Origin: an uncultured Gemmatimonadales bacterium
GTDB lineage: Bacteria > Gemmatimonadota > Gemmatimonadetes > Longimicrobiales > RSA9
Length of the DNA: 64,000 nucleotides
Direction: 5' to 3'
Assembly: GCA_963783305.1 (NCBI GenBank)
Contig: CAWAMW010000017.1
Coordinates: forward strand, 320,001 to 384,000
Shown in pieces: positions 49,631-59,480 of the stretch. Under the pieces are notes generated by a model. The model ran no database searches, was not told the origin of the DNA, and saw only the letters and a list, made by a program, of their open reading frames with translations. The first letter of the stretch is position 1, and each line of letters begins with the position of its first letter. The position numbers and the translations under genes were made by a program.

Positions 49631-50983
49631 ATGAGACGTATACGCTTTCGCCTCCTTCTCGCCCTGATCGTTCTGCCGCTGATGGCGGCCTGCGCCGACG
49701 AGGACCAGACGCCGCTCGGGCCCGTCACGCCGACGCTGCCGGAGCCGGGCGGCGCGCTGTTCGAGCGCTACGTGGCGCTCGGAAACTCCATCACGGCCGG
49801 CTACCAGGCGGGCGGCATCGTCGCCCCGCTCCAGGCGCAGTCGTACGCGGCGATCCTGGCGCAGAAGGCCGGGCTCGAGATCGGCACCGGCTTCTACCTC
49901 CCGCTGCTCGTCGGCCCCGGCTGTCCGCAGCCGTTCGTGGCGCCGCTCACGCCCGCCCCCGCCGCGCCAGCCGGATCGCCGTGCTTCCTCGTGAACCCGC
50001 TCCCCGAAGGTCCGGTCGGGCGGAATCTGGCCGTCCCGGGCGCGCTGATCGAGGACCTGTTCACGGTGCCGCAGAACTCCACGCTCCCGCTGTACCGGCT
50101 CATCACGAGGGGTGAGCCGCAGGTGCAGGTGATGGAGGACTCCGACCCCAGCTTCGTGTCGGTCTGGGTCGGGAACAACGACGCCCTCGCGGCCGCCGTG
50201 GGCGGCGTGCTCGGTCCGCAGAGCGCCGGCGGCGACTCGACCCTCACGCCGCTCTCCGACTTCCAGGCCCGCGTGGACGCCCTGGCGCAGGAGATCGACG
50301 CTGCGGGTGCGCAGGGCGCCGCGCTGATCGGCGTGGTGGACGCCGTCCTGGCCGCGCCGATCCTCCAGCCGGGCGCGTACTTCTTCCTCGCGCGCGACGC
50401 GACCGGGAACTTCAACGGGAAGCCGGTCAACAACAACTGCTCGCCCGTCACCGCGCTGGGCCAGCCGAACCCCCTCGCCGCGAACATGGTTTCGTTCCAG
50501 GTGGTGGGGGTCGCCAGCTTCCCGGAGATCAACTGCGACCCGAACGCCTACCCCGTCGGGGATCCGCGCCGGGGCGTCTACCTGCTCGATACCTCCGAGC
50601 AGGTGGTGGTCCGTACCCGCATCGCCGCCTACAACGCGGCCCTCGCGGCCGCCGCGGACGCCAACGGCTGGGTCTACGTAGATCCGAACGCGGTGGTGGC
50701 CCCCTACCTCCAGGCGCAGGACGCGCAGGGGCGCTTCCAGTTCATCCGCAAGTGCCAGCTCCTCGCCTCGGCCGCCACGCCGGCGGCGTTCCAGCAGGCC
50801 GTGGTCCTCTCCTGCCCGGTGCCGAACTCGGGCGCGACGGAGCCGTTCGCCGCGCCCGGCTTCTTCGGCTCGCTGATCTCGTTCGACGGCGTGCACCCGT
50901 CGGGCGCGACCCACGTGATCATGGCCAACGCCCTCGCCGCGGCCATCAACGCGGAGTACGGCACCGCGCTGCCGACGAACTGA
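49631..50983 (+). CDS. SGNH/GDSL hydrolase lipoprotein
   Basis: MAAC lipobox, VALGNSITAG, GNND, DGVHP. Confidence 0.85.
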   Translation: MRRIRFRLLLALIVLPLMAACADEDQTPLGPVTPTLPEPGGALFERYVALGNSITAGYQAGGIVAPLQAQSYAAILAQKAGLEIGTGFYLPLLVGPGCPQPFVAPLTPAPAAPAGSPCFLVNPLPEGPVGRNLAVPGALIEDLFTVPQNSTLPLYRLITRGEPQVQVMEDSDPSFVSVWVGNNDALAAAVGGVLGPQSAGGDSTLTPLSDFQARVDALAQEIDAAGAQGAALIGVVDAVLAAPILQPGAYFFLARDATGNFNGKPVNNNCSPVTALGQPNPLAANMVSFQVVGVASFPEINCDPNAYPVGDPRRGVYLLDTSEQVVVRTRIAAYNAALAAAADANGWVYVDPNAVVAPYLQAQDAQGRFQFIRKCQLLASAATPAAFQQAVVLSCPVPNSGATEPFAAPGFFGSLISFDGVHPSGATHVIMANALAAAINAEYGTALPTN

Positions 50984-51390
50984 CGCTCCGCGGCGGCGCC
51001 CGCTGTTCGCCTCCCCCGCCGCGCGCTCGCGCCGGCGGGAGAGGGCGGGCGGCGGCACCGTGTCGCCAGCGATTCCCTGATGGGGCCGGGGGTCGTCAGC
51101 GGAAGGAGACGGTGAAGCCGGTGCGGACGAGGACGTCATTGCGCTCCACGACGTCAGGGAGGCGGGTGTCGCCGCCGTGGACGTCCTGTTCCGACTGCAC
51201 GACGACGGCCGCCTCCCGCAGACCGCCAGTCGCTCCAGTGTCGGCGAATGGAAGGGGGATCCGCCAGTCCTGGCGGCCGTCCCATAGGGATTTGCCCGAC
51301 CCGGATCGCGACCATCTCCCTACTGACAGGCGGCGGCCCGACCGGCTACTTTGGCTCTCATGCGTCCCTCGAAAAGAACTGGGTGATCGC

Positions 51391-51894
51391 ATGCGCCTGA
51401 TTCACGTTGTGACCGCGTTCCTCGCCGGGATCCTCGTGGCCTGTAGCCACTCCCCCGGACCCGTCCCTCTCTCGGGCCCCCCCGCCGACGTTGCCGCTCT
51501 CGAGGGGCAGTGGGCCGGCCAGTACCATTCCTACGACAGCCCGAGCCGATCCGGCACCATCTACTTCCGCCTGGACGCCGGGCAGGACACCGCCCGCGGC
51601 GACGTGCTCATGAGGGTGGGCGGGCGCGAGACCGTGGACGCCATACCCCACCCCGACCCCTGGGCGACGGTGGCCCCGGATAAGATCCTCACCGTCACTT
51701 TCGTGCGGGCGGCGGGGACCACGGTTTTCGGCCGCATGGACCCGTACCCTGACCCCGTCTGCGGCTGCGAGCTCTCAACCGTGTTCACCGGTCGCATCAC
51801 CGAAGACCACATCGAGGGGACGTACACCTCCGAGCACGTCAACGGCGGAGACCGGAGCACCGGCCGGTGGCGCGTGATCCGGACCCGCCGATAG
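51391..51894 (+). CDS. Hypothetical lipoprotein
   Basis: LVAC lipobox; LEGQWAGQY beta-rich domain. Confidence 0.7.
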   Translation: MRLIHVVTAFLAGILVACSHSPGPVPLSGPPADVAALEGQWAGQYHSYDSPSRSGTIYFRLDAGQDTARGDVLMRVGGRETVDAIPHPDPWATVAPDKILTVTFVRAAGTTVFGRMDPYPDPVCGCELSTVFTGRITEDHIEGTYTSEHVNGGDRSTGRWRVIRTRR

Positions 51895-52028
51895 AGCGTT
51901 GTCTGAGAGGTGGGGCGTGGGGAAGTAGCTCGTCGAGCGCCGGCATGATTGACGCCCCCTCGGTTTACCGACCGCCCCGCCGGCCCCGAGGACCGGGCAA
52001 GAGCGCTATTCGACCCACGGCACCCGCT

Positions 52029-52454
52029 TCAGGCGCTGAGCCGCTCCGCGACCTCCGTCTGCTCGATCCGGACCGCCACCTCCGAGCCGTGCACCAGCGT
52101 GTTGTGCGCCGGGCAGCTCCGCGCCACGCGTTCCAGCATGGCCGCGTACTGCTCCGGGATCTCCTGCTCGAGCACCACCCGGACATCGAACCGACCGACA
52201 CGGCTCGGGTTCCTCGCACCCAGCTGCTCCACCTCCACCCGCATGCCCTCGTAGGGCAGTCCGCGGGAATGGCAGAACTGCTGCACGTACAGCGCAACGC
52301 AGGTTCCCACCGACGCACCCAGCAGCTCCAGCGGCATGGGCCCCTGGTCCTGACCGACGCCGGCCGGCTGATCCACGATGAGGGTGTGTCCACGGATCTG
52401 GGTGGCGAACTTCGTCCCCCCCTGGTGAGTAACGACCATCGGCTGGTGCGGCAT
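52029..52454 (-). CDS. OsmC family protein
   Basis: VDQP...GPMPLELLGASVGTC...SCPAHNTL. Confidence 0.9.
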   Translation of the reverse strand: MPHQPMVVTHQGGTKFATQIRGHTLIVDQPAGVGQDQGPMPLELLGASVGTCVALYVQQFCHSRGLPYEGMRVEVEQLGARNPSRVGRFDVRVVLEQEIPEQYAAMLERVARSCPAHNTLVHGSEVAVRIEQTEVAERLSA

Positions 52455-52529
52455 GACGGCTCTCCTCTTGGCGGTAATATAACTGTGTGACGATGCAGTA
52501 TAACACCGCGGCCCGCGCCAGGTTCCCCG

Positions 52530-53621
52530 CTACTGGTACTGGATGTAGACGGGCGCGGGATCCAGCTCCAGAATCTCCTCGGGGGTCATGAGTCGCGACC
52601 CCCCTTTCAGGTCGTTCTTGAAGAAGAGCTTGAAGCCGAGGAACTGGTCGGCTTCGGGGGCCACGATGTCCCTGTAGGCGTGGCGCTTCTGGGAGGGTGG
52701 ACCCCAGCCATCCATGTTGATGACGACCTGCACGCGTGGGTCCCGCCGGATCCTCTCTGCACCCAGGATCATGTTCTGTGTGAAGCGGTGCACGACGAGG
52801 ACCTTGGGAGGGAGGTTGTGCTCATCCACGATGTCGGCGAGGAAGTCGATGGCGAAATTGATGTCGTCGGCGGTCATGGAGCCGATCTGACGTCCGGGGC
52901 GAACGCCGGGAGGCATGTTCCACTCGGGGTCGAGGGCGAGATGGACGTCGGGGCGAGCGAGCCATTTCCGGAGCCGGGGCAGCTCGCGGCGGACGGAGCT
53001 CTGTGCCGGCTGGATATCGAGGAATACGAGGGCGTCCCGGCGGTCAGCCCATTCGAGGACGCTCTCGATGCGCCGGGAGGGCATCTGTATGCGGTAGAGG
53101 CTATCGGGGCCGGGGTCGCCGGCGGCCATGACGGCGATCATGTGGAGGGCTGGCCGCACGGGCCTGGAAGGGTCAGCTCGCCGCCAGGCGGCGACCTCGC
53201 GGTCGAGGCGGGCGAGCATCTGATCGGGCGGCAGCTCGCCCAGGATGCCCATGCGAGCGGATGCGGGGTTCCCGTAAAAGGCGACCACGCGCTGCCGGGG
53301 CAGCACGGCGCCGGGCAGGACGGGCACCGGCTGGCGCGACACGGCTGCGCGCGCCGCCGCCGCTTCGCGCCTCTTCCTCTCCCGCTCCCTCTCCCTCTCG
53401 CGCTCGCGCTCCCTCCGCCGTTCGGCCTCGGGATCGGGACGGGGCTCCGGCGCGGCCGTATCGGGCCGGACGGGCTCGATGGCGACCGGTGCTCCGACCG
53501 GCTCCCCCGTCCGACCGGCTGCGGCGGTATCCGCCGGTATCGGCGTCGGCGCCTCCACCGTCTCCCTGCCGCACGCCGACAGCGCGATCGCCGCCAGCAC
53601 GACTCCGCTCTTCATGTTCAT
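52530..53621 (-). CDS. Conserved hypothetical lipoprotein
   Basis: LSAC lipobox; VAFYG, FLDIQP, HLALDPEW, VVHRF, MDGWG, GFKLF. Confidence 0.75.
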   Translation of the reverse strand: MNMKSGVVLAAIALSACGRETVEAPTPIPADTAAAGRTGEPVGAPVAIEPVRPDTAAPEPRPDPEAERRRERERERERERERKRREAAAARAAVSRQPVPVLPGAVLPRQRVVAFYGNPASARMGILGELPPDQMLARLDREVAAWRRADPSRPVRPALHMIAVMAAGDPGPDSLYRIQMPSRRIESVLEWADRRDALVFLDIQPAQSSVRRELPRLRKWLARPDVHLALDPEWNMPPGVRPGRQIGSMTADDINFAIDFLADIVDEHNLPPKVLVVHRFTQNMILGAERIRRDPRVQVVINMDGWGPPSQKRHAYRDIVAPEADQFLGFKLFFKNDLKGGSRLMTPEEILELDPAPVYIQYQ

Positions 53622-53909
53622 CGACCGTCCCGCTCCACCAGAGTTTATCCAGGATCCCGTTGTACACCGCTGCGACGTAAGGGTAGCAACAATTGGGCGA
53701 ATGGGACCTGTACGGCCAGGATGATGATCGCGGTCTGGGGGGAGCGGCTGCTGGAGCGCTCCGGATGGATGGGGGCGTTAGGCGGGTCGCGCCGGGCTGT
53801 GAAGCTGGCGCGAAACCGGCTGTGTGATAACGTTACGGCGGTGTGGCCGGGGTCCGTGGCACCTCGGCCACAGGGCGAGTCCACTGATGCATGCGTGGCG
53901 GAGGAAGAG

Positions 53910-54251
53910 ATGGGAGACGGGACGGGAGCCCCCCTGACGTCGGAACTGATGGAGCTCGTGGCGGAGCGCTTCAAGGCTCTGGCCGAGCCGGCGCGGCTGC
54001 AGATCCTGCAGTCGCTGCGCAGCGGTGAGCGCACGGTTTCGGAGCTGGTGGAGAGCACGGAGTTGGGGCAGGCGAACGTCTCGAAGCACCTGCAGCTCCT
54101 GCACGCCCTCGGCTTCGTGGAGCGGCGTAAGGAGGGGCTGTACGTGCATTACCGCCTGGGCGGCGAGGACATCTTCCGGATGTGCGACCTCATGTGCGGC
54201 CGCATCGAGGAGGAGGCCGAGCGCCGGCGGAATATGCTCCGGGGGCGATAG
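53910..54251 (+). CDS. ArsR/SmtB family regulator
   Basis: FKALAEPARLQIL...VSEL...QANVSKHLQLL...RRKEGLYVHYRL. Confidence 0.9.
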   Translation: MGDGTGAPLTSELMELVAERFKALAEPARLQILQSLRSGERTVSELVESTELGQANVSKHLQLLHALGFVERRKEGLYVHYRLGGEDIFRMCDLMCGRIEEEAERRRNMLRGR

Positions 54252-54541
54252 CCGCCCCCCTCGACCCGCGAGCCCCCGGTCCCACAATCCCGCCATTCCG
54301 CGTCGATCCTGAGCGAAATCTGCGTAAGCCCTTCCACTGTACCCGCGGGGCGGCGGCTGTCGGGATTTTCCCGGCGCCTCTCGCGGGAGTGTCCCGACAG
54401 CGCGCTCCGTGTGCCCTCCTGATTATCCACGGCGTCGGCGGCCGGGGTGGAGTGAGGGCCACGCTGCCGATATGTTGTGCGACTGGGGGCGGGTGACCAC
54501 GAGGCATGCTGCGCGAATACACCGGATGGAGGAAGGCCTGT

Positions 54542-55753
54542 ATGGAGACGGAACGGTATCTGGAAGAGGCGGAGCGCTACAGCGCCCATAACTACCACCC
54601 GCTGCCGGTGGTGCTGACGCGAGGCGAGGGGATCTGGGTGTGGGACGTGGAGGGGAACCGGTACCTGGACATGCTGTCGGCCTACTCGGCGGTGAACCAG
54701 GGCCACGCGCATCCGAAGATCGTCCAGGCGCTCATCGACCAGGCCCGGCGGCTGCCGCTGACTTCCAGAGCGTTCCACAACGACCGCATGGGCCCTTTCC
54801 TGAAGCGGCTGTGCGAGGTGACCGGTTTCGAGCAGGCGCTCCCCATGAACACGGGGGCGGAGGCCGTGGAGACAGCGATCAAGGCGGTGCGGAAGTGGGG
54901 CTACGACGTGAAGGGGGTTCCCGCCGGTGAAGCCGAGATCATCGTGTTCAGCGGCAATTTCCATGGCCGCACGACGACCGTGATCAGCTTCTCGTCGGAG
55001 GAGCTGTACAAGGAGGGCTTCGGCCCGCTCACGCCGGGCTTCACGATCCTGCCGTACGGTGATATCGAGGCGGTGCGCGAGGCGATGAGCGACCGAACGG
55101 TGGGTATTCTCGTGGAGCCGATCCAGGGCGAGGCGGGCGTGGTCGTCCCGCCGGAAGGCTTCATGGAGGGGCTCCGGGAGCTGTGTGATGAGCACGGTGC
55201 AGCGCTGATTGCGGACGAGATCCAGACGGGCCTCGGCCGGACCGGCCGGATGTTCGCGGTGGAGTGGTCGGGTGTGCGGCCGGACGTGCTGATCGTGGGC
55301 AAGGCGCTGGGCGGCGGCGTGTACCCGGTCAGCGCGATCCTGGCGGACCGCGAGATCATGGAGGTCTTCACCCCCGGCACACACGGCTCCACCTTCGGCG
55401 GCAACCCCACGGGAGCGGCCGTGGGACTGGCGGCACTGGACGTGCTGGTGGAGGAGAAGCTCACGGAGCGGGCCGACGAGCTGGGCCGCTGGTTCATGGA
55501 CGAGCTGAGAAAGATCGACTCTCCCGTGATCAAGGAGGTTCGCGGACGGGGTCTTCTGATCGGCGTCGTGCTGAACGGGCCCGCACGGCCGTACTGCGAA
55601 GCGCTCCAGGAGCGCGGGATGCTGGCGAAGGAGACGCACGAAAACGTGGTACGTTTCGCACCGCCGCTGGTGATCAGTCGGGAGCAGCTGGAGGCGGTGC
55701 TGCCAGCGATCCGAGAGGTGCTGAGCCAGGAGTTGGCCGCCGCACCAGCCTGA
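54542..55753 (+). CDS. rocD: Ornithine aminotransferase
   Basis: AHNYHPLP, YSAVNQGH, LTSRAF, DEIQTGLGRTG, GKALGGG, HGSTFGGNP. Confidence 0.95.
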   Translation: METERYLEEAERYSAHNYHPLPVVLTRGEGIWVWDVEGNRYLDMLSAYSAVNQGHAHPKIVQALIDQARRLPLTSRAFHNDRMGPFLKRLCEVTGFEQALPMNTGAEAVETAIKAVRKWGYDVKGVPAGEAEIIVFSGNFHGRTTTVISFSSEELYKEGFGPLTPGFTILPYGDIEAVREAMSDRTVGILVEPIQGEAGVVVPPEGFMEGLRELCDEHGAALIADEIQTGLGRTGRMFAVEWSGVRPDVLIVGKALGGGVYPVSAILADREIMEVFTPGTHGSTFGGNPTGAAVGLAALDVLVEEKLTERADELGRWFMDELRKIDSPVIKEVRGRGLLIGVVLNGPARPYCEALQERGMLAKETHENVVRFAPPLVISREQLEAVLPAIREVLSQELAAAPA

Positions 55754-55848
55754 AGGTCCAGGGCCGCGGGGAGCGCTGCTCCCCGCGGCCTGTTCACGCA
55801 ACCCAACGAACGGTCACGAATGGGTACCAACCCGCACGCGGGCAGCCC

Positions 55849-57027
55849 GTGAAGCTGCCTGACCTGCCGTCCCGCCCCACGGCTCGGGTGCAGAGCTGGC
55901 TCGAGCACCCGGTCCTCCGGGTCCTCCTGGTCGTGGCGCTGCTGTACGCCTTCCTGGTGGGGGTGAACGGCCTCGGCAGCGGCTTCGAGCTCCTCAGTGG
56001 CGACGTCCTGGACACCTTTTTCGCGGCCACCGAGAACCCCTTCATCGGGCTGATGGTCGGGATCCTCGCCACCACGCTCATGCAGAGCTCGTCGGTGACC
56101 ACATCGCTGATCGTCGGGCTCGTGGCCGCGCCGGACAACCCGCTCCCGGTGGCCACCGCGATCCCCATGGTCATGGGTGCGAACATCGGGACCACCGTGA
56201 CCAACACCATCGCCTCTCTGGCCCACATGGGTTGGAAGGAAGAGTTCCGGCGAGCGTTCGCCGTGGCCACGGTGCATGACTTCTTCAACTACATCGCGGT
56301 TCTGCTGCTGCTCCCGCTGGAGCTGGCGACGGGCTTCCTGGAAAAGAGCGCCCACGCGCTGGCGGGCGCGCTGGGCGGGTTCGGCGGTGCGCAGTACGAG
56401 AGCCCGATCAAGGGTGCGATCAAGGCGGGCGGCGCGCCCCTGAAAGAGCTGGTGCACCTGGTTGCGCCCACCGATCACTGGGCGGCGCTGGGATACATCC
56501 TGTTGAGCGCGCTCATTATCTTCGTGAGTCTCATGGCGATCGTGTCGGTCATGCGATCAGCGATGAAGAGCCGGATGGAGCGCCTGGTGTCGAAGGCGTT
56601 CGAGAACAACGTGCTGATCGCCATGATCGTGGGGGTGGTGGCGACGGTCATGGTGCAATCGAGCTCCATCACCACGTCGCTTCTCGTGCCGCTCGCGGGA
56701 GCGGGCGTGCTCTCGCTCGCGCAGGCGTTCCCGATCACGCTGGGCGCGAACGTGGGAACCACGGTGACGGCGCTCCTGGCGGCGCTCGCGGCCACGGACG
56801 AGAACGCGGCCGCAGGTCTGACCATCGCCCTGGTCCACCTGCTCTTCAACGTGACGGGGATCCTGTTGATCTATCCGGTCCCCAGGATTCGGAGAATTCC
56901 CCTGGACGCGGCCCGGAAGCTGGCCGACGTGGCGGCCCGCTCCAAGATCCTCGCGATCCTCTATGTGGTCGTACTTTTCTATGGTGTCCCGGCGCTGTTC
57001 GCGATCCTGGGCCGAGCTTTCGGGTAG
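55849..57027 (+). CDS. Na+/phosphate symporter (NptA/SLC34 family)
   Basis: Two QSSS motifs; GANIGTT and GANVGTT. Confidence 0.9.
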   Translation: MKLPDLPSRPTARVQSWLEHPVLRVLLVVALLYAFLVGVNGLGSGFELLSGDVLDTFFAATENPFIGLMVGILATTLMQSSSVTTSLIVGLVAAPDNPLPVATAIPMVMGANIGTTVTNTIASLAHMGWKEEFRRAFAVATVHDFFNYIAVLLLLPLELATGFLEKSAHALAGALGGFGGAQYESPIKGAIKAGGAPLKELVHLVAPTDHWAALGYILLSALIIFVSLMAIVSVMRSAMKSRMERLVSKAFENNVLIAMIVGVVATVMVQSSSITTSLLVPLAGAGVLSLAQAFPITLGANVGTTVTALLAALAATDENAAAGLTIALVHLLFNVTGILLIYPVPRIRRIPLDAARKLADVAARSKILAILYVVVLFYGVPALFAILGRAFG

Positions 57028-57035
57028 GAGGTTAC

Positions 57036-57737
57036 ATGCTTCGTGAACTGCTTTCCCTGTTCCGGTCGAACGACCCCATCGCGGAGATGGGGACGAACTT
57101 CACCAGGATGCTCGAGCTGGCCACCGAGCTCACGCTCAATGCCGGCCGGTACTTCTTCGATGGCCCGCCCACACCGGACGAACGAACGTCGGTGTCCACG
57201 CGGGACGTGCAGCTGAACAAGATGGAGCGGCGCCTCCGCAAGCAGGTGATCACGCACCTGGCGCTGGGCGAAGGTCAGGCGGACGCCGCCTACGGTCTGC
57301 TCCTCATGAGCCTCGTGAAGGACGTGGAGCGGATCGGCGACTACTGCAAGAACCTGGCGGAGGTATACGACGACGGCGGCGGCCCCCTCCCCGACGACGA
57401 AAACGCCGCCGAGTTGAGCGAGATCCGCGCGGTGGTGGAGGAATCGCTGTCGCTCACCGGGCGGGTGTTCAGCACCTCGGACACCGAAACGGCACTGGAC
57501 CTGATCCGCCGGGGTCGGGAGGTGAACCGCCGCTGTGATGCGCTCGTCAAGCGGGTGGCCGGCAGCGAGTACGGGGCTGCGTCCACCACCACCCTGGTGC
57601 TCGGCGCGCGCTACTACAAGCGGGTGGAGTCACACCTCCTGAACGTGCTCTCGGGCGTGGTCATGCCGCTGCACAAGCTCGACTACTACGACGAGCGCGC
57701 CCTCCCGGGCGGCGGCGACGACGGCGAGGACGACTAG
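57036..57737 (+). CDS. PhoU domain protein
   Basis: D..LN..ER..R, KDVERIGDYCKN; follows the Na/Pi symporter. Confidence 0.82.
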   Translation: MLRELLSLFRSNDPIAEMGTNFTRMLELATELTLNAGRYFFDGPPTPDERTSVSTRDVQLNKMERRLRKQVITHLALGEGQADAAYGLLLMSLVKDVERIGDYCKNLAEVYDDGGGPLPDDENAAELSEIRAVVEESLSLTGRVFSTSDTETALDLIRRGREVNRRCDALVKRVAGSEYGAASTTTLVLGARYYKRVESHLLNVLSGVVMPLHKLDYYDERALPGGGDDGEDD

Positions 57738-57742
57738 CACGA

Positions 57743-57860
57743 ACGGTCGCTGCGCTCCCTGTCGTACGGTCGCTGCGCTCCCTGTCGTACGGTCGCTGCG
57801 CTCCCTATGGAACGCTTCGCTGCGCTCGCTATCGAACGCTTCGGCCTTCGGCCTGGCTAT
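57743..57860 (+). repeat. 23-bp tandem repeat, degenerating rightwards
   Basis: ACGGTCGCTGCGCTCCCTGTCGT units start at 57743, 57766 and 57789, with degenerate units at 57812 and 57836. Confidence 0.8.
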
Positions 57861-57897
57861 CGGGCTGGCTTCGCTCTCACCGGCCGGCACGACCGCC

Positions 57898-59319
57898 TCA
57901 GACGTCGAAGTACAGCCCCACCTCGTAGGGGTGCGGGCGCGCGCGCACGGCCATCACCTCCTTCTCCCGCTTGGTTCGGATCCAGCGCTCGATCAGCTCT
58001 TCGCTGAACACTCCGCCCTCCGTTAGGAAGGCGTGGTCGGCGGCGAGGGCATCGAGGGCGTCCTCCAGGGTGGTCGGGAGCTGGCCGATCTGCGCCACCT
58101 CCTGGGAGGAGAGCGAGAAGACGTCCGCGTCGATGGGTCCGAAGCCGTGCTCGGACGGGTCGATCTTCCGACGGATCCCATCCACGCCGGCCATGAGCTG
58201 GGCGGCCATGGAGAGGTAGATGTTGCCTGTGGCGTCCGGGGGTCGGAACTCCATCCGCACGGCGTCGGGGGCGGTGGCGTACTTGGGGATGCGAACGGCG
58301 GCGCTGCGGTTGGCGAGTGAGAAGAAGGTGCGAACGGGCGCCTCGAAGCCGGGGACGAGCCGTCGGTAGGAGTTGGTGCTGGGGTTGGTGATGCCCAGGA
58401 GCGCGGGCGCGTGGAGCAGGAGGCCCCCGATGTACCAGCGGGCGGTGTCGCTCAGCAGTCCGTAGCCGTCCGGGTCGTAGAAGAGGTTCCCGCCGGCGTG
58501 GGTGAGCTGCTGGTGGAAGTGCATCCCGCTCCCGGCCTCGCCGAAGAGCGGCTTGGGCATGAACGTGGTGGTCTGGCCGTGCTGGTGGGCGGTCATCTTG
58601 GCGACGTACTTCACCAGCATGCCCATGTCGCCGGCGTCGACGATCCCGGCGAGGGGGATCTCCAGCTCGACCTGTCCGGGTCCGCCCACCTCGTGGTGGT
58701 GGTACTTCACCGGGACCCGCATGGCCTCGAGGTGGATCGAGATCTCGGAGCGGAGGTTGAAGAGCCGGTCGCGGGGCGGTATGGCGTGGTACCCGCCGCC
58801 CACCGGTATGACGTGGCCCTGCCCGCCGTTCGCCAGCGACCATTCGGCCTCGGCGGAGTCCACGCGGTACGAGGCGCGGTTGGGGCCGTTGTCGATCCGG
58901 ACGTCGTCGAAGACGTAGAACTCGAACTCGGGGCCCCACAGGCTGGACGCGCCGTCCACCGTGCTGCGCAGGAACGACTCGGCGCGGGCCGCGGTGTTGC
59001 GCGGGTCGTGGGGGTAGGGCTCCTTGGTGTCCGGCTCCATGGCGTAGCAGATGAAGCTGAGGGTCGGCTCGTCCCAGAACGGATCCATGGCGCCGGTGGC
59101 CAGGTCGGGCACGAGGACCATGTCACCGGACGCGACGCTTCGGAACCCGACGCTCGAGCCGTCGAAGCCGACGCCCTCCTCCATCACCGTCTCGTCGAAC
59201 TGCGCGGCCGGCAGGGTCACGTGGTGCCAGCGGCCCCACAGGTCGACAAACTTGAGATCCACCATGCGCGAGCCGGAGTCTTCGATGTGCCGGCGAGCAT
59301 CAGCGAAATCGTTGAACAT
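57898..59319 (-). CDS. glnA: Type I glutamine synthetase
   Basis: FDGSS, GPEFEF, HHHEV, TFMPKP..GSGMH, NSYRRLVPGFEAP, NRSAAVRIP, EFRPPD. Confidence 0.96.
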   Translation of the reverse strand: MFNDFADARRHIEDSGSRMVDLKFVDLWGRWHHVTLPAAQFDETVMEEGVGFDGSSVGFRSVASGDMVLVPDLATGAMDPFWDEPTLSFICYAMEPDTKEPYPHDPRNTAARAESFLRSTVDGASSLWGPEFEFYVFDDVRIDNGPNRASYRVDSAEAEWSLANGGQGHVIPVGGGYHAIPPRDRLFNLRSEISIHLEAMRVPVKYHHHEVGGPGQVELEIPLAGIVDAGDMGMLVKYVAKMTAHQHGQTTTFMPKPLFGEAGSGMHFHQQLTHAGGNLFYDPDGYGLLSDTARWYIGGLLLHAPALLGITNPSTNSYRRLVPGFEAPVRTFFSLANRSAAVRIPKYATAPDAVRMEFRPPDATGNIYLSMAAQLMAGVDGIRRKIDPSEHGFGPIDADVFSLSSQEVAQIGQLPTTLEDALDALAADHAFLTEGGVFSEELIERWIRTKREKEVMAVRARPHPYEVGLYFDV

Positions 59320-59480
59320 GTGCTTCTATCCCTTCCGCGTTCGGCCATGACCGACGCGCCGTTTCCGTTGAGTGCCGGGGCGCCCGGACGGGGCGCGGAC
59401 CGGGAAGGGAAAGTACAGGTGGGGAATTGCGGGGGCCACATGGCTCCGGGAGCACCCGGGCATCGGCCCCGGCAGCGGCG

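Noticed and set aside
51096..51230. Possible remnant of an outer-membrane protein C-terminus (VRTGFTVSFR)
   Set aside because: Too short and lacks a supportable start or family motif
52483..52498. CTG-N10-CAG SOS-like box upstream of the OsmC gene
   Set aside because: Imperfect match to the proteobacterial box, and the host LexA specificity is unknown
57743..57860. Possible CRISPR array
   Set aside because: Head-to-tail repeats without spacers
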